Origin: Octopus bimaculoides | Taxonomy: Eukaryota | NCBI RefSeq assembly: GCF_001194135.2 | Contig: NC_068982.1 | Location: 72,794,585-72,848,675 of the forward strand | Direction: 5' to 3' | Length of the DNA: 54,091 bases | In this document: positions 11,150-23,594 of the stretch, piece by piece | Layout of the letters: each line of letters starts with the position of its first letter | Position numbering within the stretch: position 1 is the stretch's first letter | Made by a program: the position numbers and the translations under genes | The notes under the pieces: model-generated | Seen by the model: only the letters and a program-made list of their open reading frames with translations | Told to the model about the DNA's origin: nothing | Database searches by the model: none

Positions 11150-12380
11150 TTCTCTATTTTACGATGAATAATTTTTTCTTTATTTAAATGTTCTTGTAAA
11201 GAAATTTTTATCTTTTCACTAGTAGAAGGGGAAAACTGTGAAATTTGGTTTGATGTTACCTGCATATCTCTCTATGTGTTCACTGAAAGGAATACATCTG
11301 TATTGTGGGAAGCAGATCTGCTCTTTATGTAGAGTAGTTCTCCGTCTCAATGTCATACTCGTCTGTCCTATATAGTGATGTCCACAACCCAAGCAGGTTA
11401 TGACAAAAATTAGATTCTCAGAGGTACAAGTTGGTTTTAATTGTGAATCTCACTCCTTGTTTGAAAAGGAAATCCCAACCTTCAAGTAGGTTGGGGCATT
11501 TTCCACAGTTTGGGCATCCGCATCTTTTAACCATTCATTTCATGGTTGTTGCGTAAACTTCACATTTGTTAGAAGTCTCTTTAGCAATTTGTGTTGTTTT
11601 TTGCATTTAATGAATTTATGTGCCTTCAGGATGTTGTTCATTTTTGGGTCTCTAGTTAATAAAGTAAGATTTTGCACAAGAGTGTTGTATGCCTCATTGT
11701 TTCTAGGGTTGTGAGTTGATATATACAGTAGTGTTTTGAGATGAGGTGTGGTGTTATGTTTTGTTGTCCTTAGTGTTTTTATATCTAATTACTTGGCACG
11801 CTTAATTCCATCATCTGTAAGTGAGGGTGGACATTGTCTTTCAGTTAGTGTTGTTCTGAGGTTTTGAAGATGAAGGTCCCGAGTAGTTCTATCAAACACT
11901 ATTTTCACTAAATTAAAGGGGATATTTAATTTGATGTCTTTCGAGTGGCATGAGCTAAAAAGAAGATATTGCTTCGAGTCCATTCATTTATGATAGATGT
12001 CAGTTATAATTTGGTTGCTGACTTTTTTTTTATCATAATATCCATAAATGGGAGCTGTTCTTTGTTTTATTCCTTTATGAATTGAACGTTACTATTTATA
12101 TCATTTAGTGTTGATTTGAATTCCAAAGTTTATCATTGGTCTCCTTCCAAATGATAAAACAGTCATCCAGGTATCTTTTCCGGATGTTTCTTATGTAATG
12201 GTGAAATGCATAACCATATCTTTGCAGTGACATTTCAAATATGGTGAATTCAAAATAACCCATTATCAGGTTCGCAAGAACAGTGGTTGCTTTTGTTCCC
12301 ATTGCAATTCCACATTTTTGATGATAGTAGGTGTCATCAAATAGGAAATTATTGTTCCAAAGTATAAATTTTTAGATTCA
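11150..12380 (-). pseudogene. 5'-truncated Penelope-like element (RT plus GIY-YIG), Neptune-like
   Basis: GIAMGTK..LANLIMGYFE, RYLDDCFIIW, DSKQYLLFSSCH, Cys linker CGCPNCGKC, and VITCLGCGHHYIGQTSMTLRRR. Confidence 0.9.
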
Positions 12381-12389
12381 ATAATAAAG

Positions 12390-12493
12390 ACCTGATTTAT
12401 GCATTCCAACTTTAATCTCTATACATATTTGATTCATGATAACATAGCCATCACTGTATATATTTCTCCCTACTACTCTAGCTTTTGAATTTT

Positions 12494-12550
<57 letters not shown>

Positions 12551-12612
12551 CCCCTCCCCCACCGAAAGATGAACAATTATCTCCCCTGTCCACAATAATA
12601 ACGATAACCAAT
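12390..12612. repeat. Right arm of a ~200-bp inverted repeat (partner 10936-11135)
   Basis: Reverse complement of 10936-11135, including the internal (TA)n tract. Confidence 0.8.
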
Positions 12613-12853
12613 TACCTCCCCTTAGATTTTTCTACTTGTTGAATCAATCCTTCATAAACTCCACAAACAACATGGAGAAAAAATGTTTTCTTAAGAAAAT
12701 ACAAATTTAAATAAATTTTACTGTCATGATTAGCAAAAGCAGTTTTCAAACACAATATGACATATATCAAAAATTATATTAAAACTATGTAAAGTGTATG
12801 CATTTTCCTTTTTTAATTTCTTATATATGTATATATATATGTGTCTGTATATA

Positions 12854-12890
<37 letters not shown>

Positions 12891-12949
12891 CAAATGATAT
12901 GTGTGCATATGCATATATACATACATATATGTACATACCTACATCTACA

Positions 12950-13580
12950 TGTATATATAGATGCATATCCGGGTACAGGACATAAAAAAAACGTGGACAA
13001 AAAAGGAACGGGAACATAAACAAAGCACAAAAAACGAACTTATTTTTCGGACAACAGAATGAACACATAGGAAAACAGACAAGCCACATATGGAACTTTT
13101 CCTTCATCAGCTGCCTCTATTCTAAACTGTGCATTTCGAAGATGAGGCAGAACGCTCTTAGAATAGCTCTTCCAGCAAAGCAAATTAAATTAAACCTGCT
13201 ATGCGGAGGATTCCAAAGTGGCAAACAGAAATCAAGACAGAGAAAACTAACTAGTGAAAACAACGTTGAGGGCCCTTAAGCCGAACGAGACGAGATACTG
13301 AACGTTGTGATTTGATGAACTTGAGCAGAGAGAGATAGCAGTTTGTGTTGCCTTTATGCTGGCCGAATGGAGAAAGGAAGAGGTGACCACAGGTCACGTG
13401 TGATCAACAAGAAGTGGTAGAGAGAGGAAAAGGGAGGAAGTTGAACATAGGTGAGCGAATAGAGACAGGGAGGAAGAGTAAGAGAGAGATATAGCAGTGA
13501 AGGGGAGAAGCAAGGACAACATAAGGAAGAAGAACGAGAGGGGGAGATGGTTAAGAAGATGGATAGATAGACAGAAAGAG
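12950..13580 (-). mobile_element. Interspersed repeat, possibly a Penelope-type pseudo-LTR (paralog at 41150-41640)
   Basis: Shares the ordered anchors gggtacaggacat, ttcatcag, acgct and gcaaagcaaattaaat with 41150-41640; flanked by TA/CA microsatellites. Confidence 0.55.
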
Positions 13581-13755
13581 AGTGTGTGTATATATACACA
13601 CACATACATATATACACACATACATATATATATGCATACATATCTATATATATATATACGCATACATATATATACATACATGTACATACATATACATACA
13701 TATATATATACACATACATAAATATATATACATATATACACATACATATATATTC

Positions 13756-13818
<63 letters not shown>

Positions 13819-13915
13819 TACGCACATATATATGCATATATACACACATATATACGCAATATATACATATATACACACACATATACATATATTTACATGC
13901 ACACACACATATATG
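13580..13915. repeat. Compound (TA)n/(CA)n/(TACA)n microsatellite
   Basis: Direct inspection. Confidence 0.95.
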
Positions 13916-14465
13916 GAAAAGCTATTGCATGTGATTAATAAATGTATCATGTCTTCAAAGTGTTGAAGAGACTGCGTAAAAAAAAAATGATGAGAAAGTA
14001 GACAGGTGTTGATGAATGCTGATTCTCACAAGTATATTATCATTGAAGATATGTTGGGATACCTTAGGGCACATTCAATGTAATAAAGGTGAAACAATCA
14101 CTAATGGTCAATAAAATGGAATATGATGCATATATATATATATTTTTTTATTATTATATATATAGTTCAAAATTACGGAAAACAAAAGATGAAGACAGGT
14201 GAGGGAACAACAAGCAGGTGCATTAGTTTGACATTCAGGGGGGGGGGGGNNNNNNNNNNNNNNNNNNNNNNNNNNNNNNNNNNNNNNNNNNNNNNNNNNN
14301 NNNNNNNNNNNNNNNNNNNNNNNNNNNNNNNNNNNNNNNNNNNNNNGGGGGGGATGGCAGTCTTTGACATTTTGAGCCTATGCTTGTTGACAAAAAGGGT
14401 TGAGAGGAAAAAAAGGAGAAAATATTTAGTAGGTATTAATGGTTATAGATATGTATATATATATT

Positions 14466-14843
14466 GTCGTCATTATTTTAATATCCACTTCTCCATGCTC
14501 ACATAGGTGAAACAGAATTTGTTGATTTTCGATGGCCAGATGCTTTTACTGTCGCAAACCTGTTCTTGTTTCCAAGCAAGGTAACATTTCACTACAGATG
14601 ACAGTAAACAAACTGCATTACTTGCATGATGGTGATGCTCATTTACAATCATCACATGATGTCGAAAGTATACACATACACACATTCATGACGGACTTCT
14701 TTCAGTTTTCATTTACTAAATCCACTCACAAAGCTCCCAAAGCAAGGGCTAAAGTATAAGACATTTACCCAAGATGCCTTGCACTGGGACTAAATCCAAG
14801 ACTACATGGTTGGGAAGGAAGCTACTGAACCACATAGCCATGT
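14466..14843 (-). mobile_element. Decayed SINE family C
   Basis: ttccaagcaaggtaacattt mid-module plus cttctttcagtttt...aatccactcacaa core plus tRNA-like head. Confidence 0.7.
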
Positions 14844-15012
14844 CGGCTTACACACACACACACACATATGTATTCTTAATGAGTAAATTTTTCCTTTTGC
14901 TGATTTCTTTTCTTGCTTCATGTGAAGAAGGAAATCACAGAACATGAAGTGACCTTCACTTAGATTAAGACCTTGTCTTTTATTTATTTATTTCTTTTGA
15001 TAAGAGGTTTAC

Positions 15013-15417
15013 AATCATCATCGTTTTCAGGTCTGCATTTCCATTTCTGCATGGATTGGATGGAGTTTATTAAAGCAAATTTTCTATGGTCAGACACCCT
15101 TTCTGTTCCCAACCCTTACCTGCTTCTAAGCAAAGTAATATTTCCTCATAGGTAGACATATTTCTGCAGAAAATTGGAAACAAATGACACTGCTTGCATG
15201 ACAGTGATACTCATTTACAACCCTTACAATATGAAAGACAAAAAGACACGCACATACATAAACACACAATGGACGTTTTTCAGTTTCCATTTTCCAAATT
15301 CATTGACAAAGCTATGGTAAAAGACAATTATCCATAGTGCCACACAGTAGGACTGAACCTGAAACCATACCATTGGTTGGAAAGCAAACTTCTTAATCAT
15401 ACAGCCACACCAGCACT
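15013..15417 (-). mobile_element. Decayed SINE family C
   Basis: Same module order as 14466-14843; catcatc tail. Confidence 0.7.
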
Positions 15418-15800
15418 TATAGGTATTGATGTGCATATTCACATACAATGCATGGATGCGGTAACAGGAACACTTTCAAATGATCATGGATGAAATGGTT
15501 CTGAGCATTCACTTCAATATATGTAACTTGATACAAGGAGAAATACAAGAAATGTGTTGAAGACTTAAAGATAGGTAGATGTTTAAAGATGATTTCCTAA
15601 GCATATTTTCTTGCAAAAAAATACTTTCAACATCTATTTTTTTTTTTTTTTTAAAATCCAAACCTCAAATTGATAAGATAAAATAAAAAATATGAGGTAA
15701 AAGAAAAGTCAATTTAACACACAGAAATTGGCAACAACAAGTTGGATGTTATTAATATTTTAACTAGTTTGCTCGTTAGACTGCCAACGGCAATGTATGA

Positions 15801-15805
<5 letters not shown>

Positions 15806-15879
<74 letters not shown>
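15806..15879. repeat. (GA)n microsatellite
   Basis: Direct inspection. Confidence 0.95.
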
Positions 15880-15882
<3 letters not shown>

Positions 15883-16094
15883 GGAGATTTTTTTAATAGA
15901 TACGAAAACCAGACAAATGATCACTAGCCAACCAACCAGCCAGCCAACCAGACCAGCTGTGCAGAGATATGAATGTCATTCAGTACAGAATGACACTTAT
16001 TAAAGAAGATGCATGCACAGTTATATACATTTATATATGTATATATATATATATTGATGCACACACATAGAACAACTTGAATGCATCTATATTT

Positions 16095-16267
16095 TCAATA
16101 GCAAGCAATACTAGTAGAATCAATCAATATCTGGTCTGATATGGCTGTATTAGAGCTTAATATTTTCAATGTAACCTCAGCAAGCAAGGCATTGTTTTCT
16201 GGGACAGGAGACAGAAAGAAATGTAGCAGTTTATAATCTGAATGACAGGAAATATAACATGAAAAGG
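16095..16267 (-). CDS. Candidate terminal exon (FSCYISCHSDYKLLHFFLSPVPENNALLAEVTLKILSSNTAISDQILIDSTSIACY*)
   Basis: Strong acceptor ttttttttctttttcacag|. A GTAAGC donor 106 nt upstream (16368-16373) gives a phase-compatible join to the longest open frame. Protein not recognised. Confidence 0.3.
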
Positions 16268-16373
16268 CTGTGAAAAAGAAAAAAAAATAGGGCAATTTAA
16301 AACAACTAATATGGAATTCACTTCCATTTTTGTCATGTTTATAAGTTTAAATCCATTCTGTTGATTTGCTTAC

Positions 16374-16439
16374 AATTGATAAAGTTCTTCTTCCAAGTAA
16401 CATAATATTTTTCGCTCAGTCCTTTAGCCACAAACAGTT
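16374..16439 (-). CDS. Candidate internal exon (LFVAKGLSEKYYVTWKKNFIN)
   Basis: GTAAGC donor and an open frame, but the acceptor is weak and the sequence may derive from a family C remnant. Confidence 0.15.
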
Positions 16440-16574
16440 CTGGTTTTCATCAAAGATTGCAAATGAACCACACTGCTTGCATGATGGTGATGTTTGTTTA
16501 CAATCAACTTGTAATATTAAGACAAGGAGATACATATAAACATACACAAACATTCATCATTAGCATTATTACAT

Positions 16575-16750
16575 CATTGGTATTTCGTCTACCTTTACGT
16601 TTTGAGTTCAAATTCTGCCATAGTCGATTTCACTTTTCATCCTTTTAGGGTCAATAAATTAAGTACCAGTTGTGTACTAGGGTCAATCTAATCGACTGGT
16701 CCCCTGCCCAAAAATGTTGGGCCTTGTGCCTAGAGTAGAAAAGATTATTA
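16575..16750 (+). mobile_element. SINE family F, partial
   Basis: ttttgagttcaaattctgcc...gtcaataaattaagtaccagttgtgtactagggtcaatctaatcgactggtccc...gggccttgtgcctagagtagaaaag. Confidence 0.8.
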
Positions 16751-16974
16751 CTTCATTGATTTAACATCAACTTTTCCATGCTTGCATGGAACAGACAAAA
16801 TATGCTGAGGCAGATTTTCTAAGGTCTGATGCCTTTCCTGATTTTTATATACGAAAATATTTCTTCAGAACTGGACATGTTTCACAGATTTTTGGAAATG
16901 AGAAACACTTGTTGTACAATGGTGACATTTATTTACGACTACTATGTGATATCAAGGTTAATACACACAAATAC

Positions 16975-17320
16975 ACATGGTAAGAAGATAGCTTCCCAAC
17001 CACATTGTTCTGGGTTCAGTCCCACTGTGTAGCACCTTGGGTAAGTGTCTTCTACTGTAGCCTGAGGTCAACCAAAGCCTTGTGAATGGATATGGTAGAT
17101 GGAAACTGAAAGAAGCCTGTCATAAATATAAATCTATGTGTGTGTGTGTGTGTCTTTGTGTCTATGTTTGTCTTCCCATCATTGCTTGACAACCAGTTTT
17201 GGTGTGTTTACATTACTGTAACTTAGTGGTTCGGCAAAAGAGACTTTATAAAAAAAGAGTCCTGGGGTCGATTTTTTTTTTACTGAAACCCTTCAAGGCA
17301 TTCCTCCAGCATGGCTGTAG
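16975..17320 (+). mobile_element. SINE family A, CpG-decayed
   Basis: Colinear with the reverse complement of 3068-3470. Confidence 0.85.
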
Positions 17321-17324
17321 AGAG

Positions 17325-17590
17325 GGTGGGTGCAGTCAGGGTGGGGCTAGGCAGTGATAAAAATAGTGGTGATGAGGTGCATGGGTGGACTGTGTAGGTA
17401 CAAAATGAATAGGAGTGAGTGAGGAGAGAAAAACAAGAAATGTGAGTAAGAGATGGTAAATGGATAAAAGTGTGAATATAATAAATGAAGAAGTGTTGAG
17501 GGGCAGGGGAAGATGTAGTGAATGGTGGATAAAAAGAGGGGAATGACCAATGATGCATGAGTTGGGGGATAAGGAGATTAGATGACTGAG
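17325..17590 (-). repeat. G-rich (+ strand) segment related to 1495-1790 and 37925-38250
   Basis: Shared motifs such as ggtggtgatgagg and aagtgttgaggg; low complexity limits certainty. Confidence 0.45.
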
Positions 17591-17917
17591 AGTGCAAAAA
17601 AATCAAAAACAAATAAATTCATATATATAAGAGAGAGAGAAGTAAAATAGAGGAAAAAATATCAGAATGCTAAAAACCCAAATCAGTTATTTCAGGGTGA
17701 ATAAATACATGTAACATAGTGTACTCAAGTCAAGCCTAATATTTCCCCATTACTGAGATACAGTGGTGTACTTTGGAGGAGACGCTATTTCTATTAAGAT
17801 GAAATATAGTAATGGTAAAACAAAATATATCAAACAAAGCACCTAACTGTAAATCAGAGGCTTGTGGGTTTCTCTGTCCATGGACATTACCTATGGTTAA
17901 GAACCATGAGTAGAAGC

Positions 17918-18330
17918 AGGTGTAACTGTGTGATTAAGAAGTTTGCTTCCAGGCCACATGGTTTTAGATTCAGTTCTACTGAGTGATACTTTGGGCAAGA
18001 ACCTTCTATTATAGTTGCAGGTCAACCAAAGCCTTGTGAGTGAATTTTTGGAAGATTGAAACTGAAAGAAGACCACTGTAGCTATGTGTGTCAGTCCGTC
18101 TGTCTTTGGATCTACTTGTCTTGAAATCATGATTGTTGCAAATGAATGTCATTCATTTCCAACATTCCGTAAGAACATATCTGGCCAGAGGGAGATAATA
18201 TTTTGCTTGGGAACAGGTATGGATTGGTGACAAGGGAAAGCATATGATTGTAGAAAATCTGCCTCAATAAACTCCATCTGGCACAAACGATTATGGAAAA
18301 GGGGAATTTAAAACAATGAATGATGAGGAG
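17918..18330 (+). mobile_element. Decayed SINE family C
   Basis: Head aagaagtttgcttcc, core ccaaagccttgtgagtgaattt, and tail gtagaaaatctgcctcaataaa. Confidence 0.75.
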
Positions 18331-18418
18331 GATGGGGAACAAGATAGGTGCTGCATTTTTGGCTACTGCAGAGATTTTGACTGTAATGTTCTTCAGTTTC
18401 ACTACTCGATATCCTGAT
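18320..18418 (+). CDS. Candidate exon (MRRMGNKIGAAFLATAEILTVMFFSFTTRYPD)
   Basis: Donor GAT|GTAAGA in phase 0. The ATG lies in a SINE tail and there is no good acceptor. Confidence 0.15.
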
Positions 18419-18554
18419 GTAAGACGGTTAAAATATCTGACCACCATACTGTATACTATAGTGCAAATTTTACAAGCTTTCAGTTTTAACATCAAGTTGT
18501 TCTTTGTGATAAATAAGCATTTAGCCTTGATTACAAATGTTTTGTTTTCTTAAG

Positions 18555-18617
18555 TATTTAGTCAGAGAAAGGAAAGCAATCTTGATCTTTGCAAGTCCTC
18601 CTCGTAGACTAGTGAGG
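18555..18617 (+). CDS. Candidate exon (YLVRERKAILIFASPPRRLVR)
   Basis: Acceptor ttttgttttcttaag| and donor AGG|GTAATG; 63 nt, phase 0-0, open. Confidence 0.2.
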
Positions 18618-18933
18618 GTAATGTTCAACTCAAGCTTCACATGATTTACAAGTCAAGAAATTTATTATAAGACGTATACAAGTAAGCAGTATGAGTTTAT
18701 TTATGAATGTATATATTTATGTAATTTTTACATAGAAAAGGTTGAAAGTTAACCTTTTCTTTGTAAAAGTTTAATAAATATGTAATCTACAAAGAATTAT
18801 TGAATGACCCTTCAATCTAATGTTAAATAGTTTTGACAAATATCCTTACACAAGAATATATATATATATATATATGGAAAAAAAAGTCAAGGTAGAAAAT
18901 GCTAAAATAATTTTATAAAAGAACATTTCATTA

Positions 18934-19243
18934 CCGGTTTCGGTCATTGAGACTTTTTCAACTATAAGTATGGAAAATAATTAAATTTGGGAAAAATTAA
19001 AAGTAAAGTTTTTTTAAAAGAATATTTGCATAGTATTCAAATACAAACGGCATTTTCCTTGTTTACTTTTGTAAACAAATGAGACAAGAGTAAACGAGAC
19101 AGAGACAGGCAGAAACAAGGAAAATGCCCTTTGTATTTGAATACTATGCAAATATTCTTTTAAAAAAACTTTACTTTTAATTTTTCCCAAATTTAATTGT
19201 TTTCCATACTTACAGTTGAAAAAGTCTGAATGACCGAAACCAG
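18934..19243. repeat. Long fold-back inverted repeat (~131-bp arms, 48-bp spacer)
   Basis: 18934-19064 is the reverse complement of 19113-19243 with about 5 mismatches; the right arm runs into an N-gap. Confidence 0.9.
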
Positions 19244-19471
19244 NNNNNNNNNNNNNNNNNNNNNNNNNNNNNNNNNNNNNNNNNNNNNNNNNNNNNNNNN
19301 NNNNNNNNNNNNNNNNNNNNNNNNNNNNNNNNNNNNNNNNNNNNNNNNNNNNNNNNNNNNNNNNNNNNNNNNNNNNNNNNNNNNNNNNNNNNNNNNNNNN
19401 NNNNNNNNNNNNNNNNNNNNNNNNNNNNNNNNNNNNNNNNNNNNNNNNNNNNNNNNNNNNNNNNNNNNNNN

Positions 19472-19512
<41 letters not shown>

Positions 19513-19654
19513 CTTTATTAATTGCCTTTTATTTCTGATTTTCCAAGCTAGCATGGAAACATTGAAAGCTGGCAATATGAAGAACATCTAGCTGTAGACA
19601 ATCTACCTCAATGAAATTCGTCTGGTCTTTGCACAAGCATGGAAAACGGCTCAT

Positions 19655-19835
19655 CATCATCATTTAATGTCCATTTTCCATGCTGGCATGGGTTGGACAG
19701 TTTGACAGGAGCTGAACAGGGCAGCTCAGGCTCCATGTCTGTTTTGGCACAGTTTCTACAGCTGGATGCCCTTCCTAATGCCAGTTATTTTAGAGTGTAC
19801 CGGGTGCTTTTACACAGCATTGGTACAGGTGATGA
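19655..19835 (-). mobile_element. Family B retroposon 3' end
   Basis: catcatcatttaatgtccattttccatgctggcatgggttgg...gctggatgcccttcctaatgcc. Confidence 0.75.
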
Positions 19836-20639
19836 TGATGATAATATAATTATCTTTACCACTTTTGGTATCAACCCTAGTTCTACAATACAAACTTTGT
19901 GTTTTTAATGTGATCTAAATTAAAATCTTTTATCAATCAAAATTTCTTGTTAATTTATGTTCTAAACACCAGCTTAACCCATTACCTACCAGTGATCTCA
20001 TATGAGATCACTTAAAAATTACAAATTTCGTAATTATCTGTCAATATTTACACATATCTAACCTTTTTGCTATATCTACTAGGTATATTTCTCTGATATT
20101 CAAATGAGGTTTGCTAACTTTTCACCTAACATCTCGCTTATTTCTATTTAAAATTCTGTTGTGTCTGGGGAGAGTCATTTTCTTATTGTGCCTTAAAATT
20201 TTAAATGTTATTTTGAAATGTTATTTTGATCATTCCAGTGTGTTTCTAAGGCTGTTTTATGCTAGAAATCAAAGTTTCATAAAAAAATTCCAGTTAATAG
20301 AGTTAATAATGACAAAGTTATCTTATTGAATTATTTTGAGAATTAATTGATTAATTAACTGAAACAAAGGTGGTAACAAAAGGATTAGCAAATTTTAGTG
20401 ATGCTCAGTTCCATAAGCCATACAGGGACCACTGAAGACTGTCTTTAGTGTTGCTAGAGTATTTCAGTTGGGAGGAATGCATCTCATTTTTATTAGGTTG
20501 TATCCTCACAAGAGGTTAAACTTAGTGCTGACAGAGGAATACATGCAAGTTAAAAACCTTCAACCAGCAATGCATTCTGACAAGTATTAACTGATGTATA
20601 TGATAAAATAGAGGATGAGTTTAGAAGCATAAAATATAG

Positions 20640-21262
20640 TGGACAACTGAGAGTTCCTCCACAACTTGTTGAAGGCAAATGACCAGACCTTAACCAAAAA
20701 GAGGGTAGTATAGTAGTGGAATAGCCCTGTAACCAGTGTCATAAAGACTAAGGCATAAAGGTATGGAAACACTGGAAGAAATAGAGCAGTAAGGGACAAT
20801 ATTAAGAAATAAAAACATAAGTTAGGTACCAAGTATATTTAGCAAGAAAAGAAGCCAAAACCAAGAAGTTTGCCAATATTCTGAGATTTGAGGTATTCTG
20901 GATTGTGACAGTGAAAACTGAGATGTTACTGGCAGGAAATGCATTCAGAACAATAGTAGAGCTCTTACCCTTACTGAAGCTGAAATGACAGGAAGTGTTA
21001 TTAAGAGAAGCTGCTGAAGGAGGAGAATGCATGGGAAAAAGTAGGTCTATCCCAAGTAGACCTTACAAAGAGTCCAGCCACACAAGTTGACAGAGCAATT
21101 AAAAATATGGAAACAAGGAAGATGTCTGGCTCATCAGGAATCATTGCTGAGAAGCTTGAATTGTCCAATGGAGTTGGGTATGGGCTAGTCACCCATTTAA
21201 TCAGTTAGGTGATACAAGAAGATACCATTGCTGACTTGTATAGCAGTATTATTGCTAAAACG
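20640..21262 (+). pseudogene. RTE-clade LINE ORF fragment (endonuclease-RT linker)
   Basis: Decayed frame ARKEAKTKKFANIL...LLKEENAWEK...VDRAIKNMETRKMSGSSGIIAEKL...VGYGLVTHL. Confidence 0.75.
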
Positions 21263-21299
21263 GTACATATGTATATATGTGTATGTGTATACAAACACA

Positions 21300-21490
21300 C
21301 ATATCATCATCATCATTTAACATCTGTTTTCCATGCTGGCATGGGTTGGACAATCTGAGCTGGTAAGACTGGGGGCAGCAACAGGCTCCATTGTCTGTTT
21401 TAGTATGGTTTCTATGACTGGATACCTTTCCTAATGCCAGGTGCTTTTTATGTGACATCATCACTGGTATCAATTCTGCTGTGGTGGGTG
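21300..21490 (-). mobile_element. Family B retroposon 3' end, decayed
   Basis: (CAT)n plus tttccatgctggcatgggttgg plus ctggatacctttcctaatgcc. Confidence 0.7.
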
Positions 21491-21539
21491 GGTCTTCTTG
21501 AGTACAGCAAGGCACCAGATAGCTTGATCCTTTGCTGTA

Positions 21540-21990
21540 TATCATCATCATTGTTTAACGTCTGCTTTCCATGCTAGCGTGGGTTGGACATTTTGACTGA
21601 GGACTGGTGAACCGGATGGCTGCACCAGGCTCCAATCTGATCTGGCAGAGTTTCTACAGCTGGATGCCCTTCCTAACACCAACCACTCCGAGAGTGTAGT
21701 GGGTGCTTTTACGTGCCACCGGCATGAGGGCCAGTCTGGCAGTACTGGCAATGGCCACGCTCAAATGGTGTTTTTTACATGCCACCTGCACAGGAGTCAG
21801 TCCAGTGGCACTGGCAACAGCCTCGCTCGAATGTTTTGTTCACCTGCCAGTAAGGCGACGCTGGTAACGATCATGCTCAAATGGTGCATTTTACATGCCA
21901 CTAGCACGGAAGCCACACAGCTGCTCTGGCAGTGATCCCGCTCGGATGGTGCTGTTAGCGCTCCACTGGCACAGGTGCCAGTCATCGAAT
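21540..21990 (-). mobile_element. Family B retroposon with a 5-unit array in the same unit order as 10190-10884
   Basis: Unit-by-unit colinearity with 10353-10650. Confidence 0.85.
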
Positions 21991-22342
21991 GTGTGTGCAG
22001 GTAGCTGATAAAGAGTATAGACTAAATTGTTTTGGTGTTTTGTGGTAATCATTTTGACTCTCTGTTCATGAAACCCAAATTATAAAGAGCTTGGCTTTGC
22101 ATTTCTTCCTTTGGGAACAATAAGTACCATCCTGTACTATGGTTGATTCACCTCTTTCTGTCCATCTGTCTATCTGCCTCTTTTTGTAGAGAGCTATAGT
22201 CAGATATAGAAAGGGATGGGCTGTGTCAGGTCTAGGAAGGCTTTTGAAGGTCTCTCATGAGCTAACTGTGACTCGTGAGAGGCCTGAACAGAAGGCCCAA
22301 AAATGCAATACATGAGTATATGTACAATGAATCTATTTATAT

Positions 22343-22675
22343 ATCATCATCATTTTGGTGCCCGCTTTCCTATGCTTGCTTGGGTCAGACAGAGAGACTG
22401 TTGAAGCAGATTTTTTATGGCTGGATATCCTTCTGTTTCTAACCCTCACCTGTTTGCAATCCCCATCACTGGACATACTTCATGGAAGACCAAAAAGCGA
22501 ATGACACCACTTGTATGTTGATGATTCATTTCTTTACAAGTGTTGCGCTATGTCAAGATAAGGACACATATAAACACACACATTAAACAAGCTTGTTTCA
22601 GTTTCTGTCTTCCAAATCCACTCACAACATTTTGGTCAACCCAAATCATAGGATGAAATACTTGCGCAAGATGCT
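22343..22675 (-). mobile_element. Decayed SINE family C, 5'-truncated
   Basis: ccctcacctgttt, gtcaagataagg and tttcagtttctgtcttccaaatccactcacaa. Confidence 0.65.
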
Positions 22676-23594
22676 TATGTGTGCACAGTGTGTGTGTGCG
22701 TGTGTGATAAGCAAATAAATAACTGTAAAAAATTCAGATGTATAAACATTAGAAGAATTCAACACAAGGCTTTACAGTAGCTTATTATTTTTATTTCAAG
22801 CTGGAATTACACAGATTGCAAATATTAGTTTCACATTTTACTGATTTTTAAGCAATCAATTTAGTAGCTGAGACAACTCCGTATATATACGTGTGTATGT
22901 GTGTGTGTGTGAACAACGTAAACTATAAAAACTATTGAATAAACATGTTAATGATACAAAACTATTTGATGTAGTCATAACATTATTGTATATTGATATA
23001 TATTGTTCAATTGCTTGTCTGTTTGATATATGGTGACAAAAAGTAAATTTTTATTTGCATTATCTGCAGAAAAAATTTGATTCTTTTTCAGAATATATTA
23101 TGCTGTGGTTGTCCTCTGTTCAGTTATTCAAAATTTAAAAACAAAATATTTTGATTTCTGACGACTAAAAAGGTTATCAATTCTAAATGTTTGTCTAAGG
23201 TGGTACATTTATGAAACAGCATATTCATTTTCTTTGAGAAGCTAGGTTGCATCAATCATTACACAATATACAAGGTTTTTAAGGCTGTATGTATATAAAC
23301 ATATATATTGATGTTTGTTTCTATGTTGCATTAAATTCTAATAAAAACAATTTAACATTAATCTGAAGAATTACTCAACACTTTTTAGCAGAGTACATGT
23401 CAATTATACTTTTACAAGAAGAGAGGTGGCAATGGCTTTGAAGTTTTGGCTTGCTAGCCTTCATCAGACTGTCATACACTTGGGTTTCCTTTAGTTTTAT
23501 ACAATCTCTTTATACAACTAAAAGAAACACAAATGTACTACAGTCTGAAACTTCAAAGCCACTATCACCACTTTCCTTGTAAAAGTATAAAGAT

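Noticed and set aside
13354-13966. Overlapping 70-198 aa ORFs with YI/CV/HT repeats (also 12730-13107, 36039, 40870, 42066)
   Set aside because: Translations of TA/CA microsatellites.
20058-20387. Possible piggyBac-like MITE (taacctttt...ggtaacaaaaggatta)
   Set aside because: The termini are too degenerate and there is no intact TTAA duplication.
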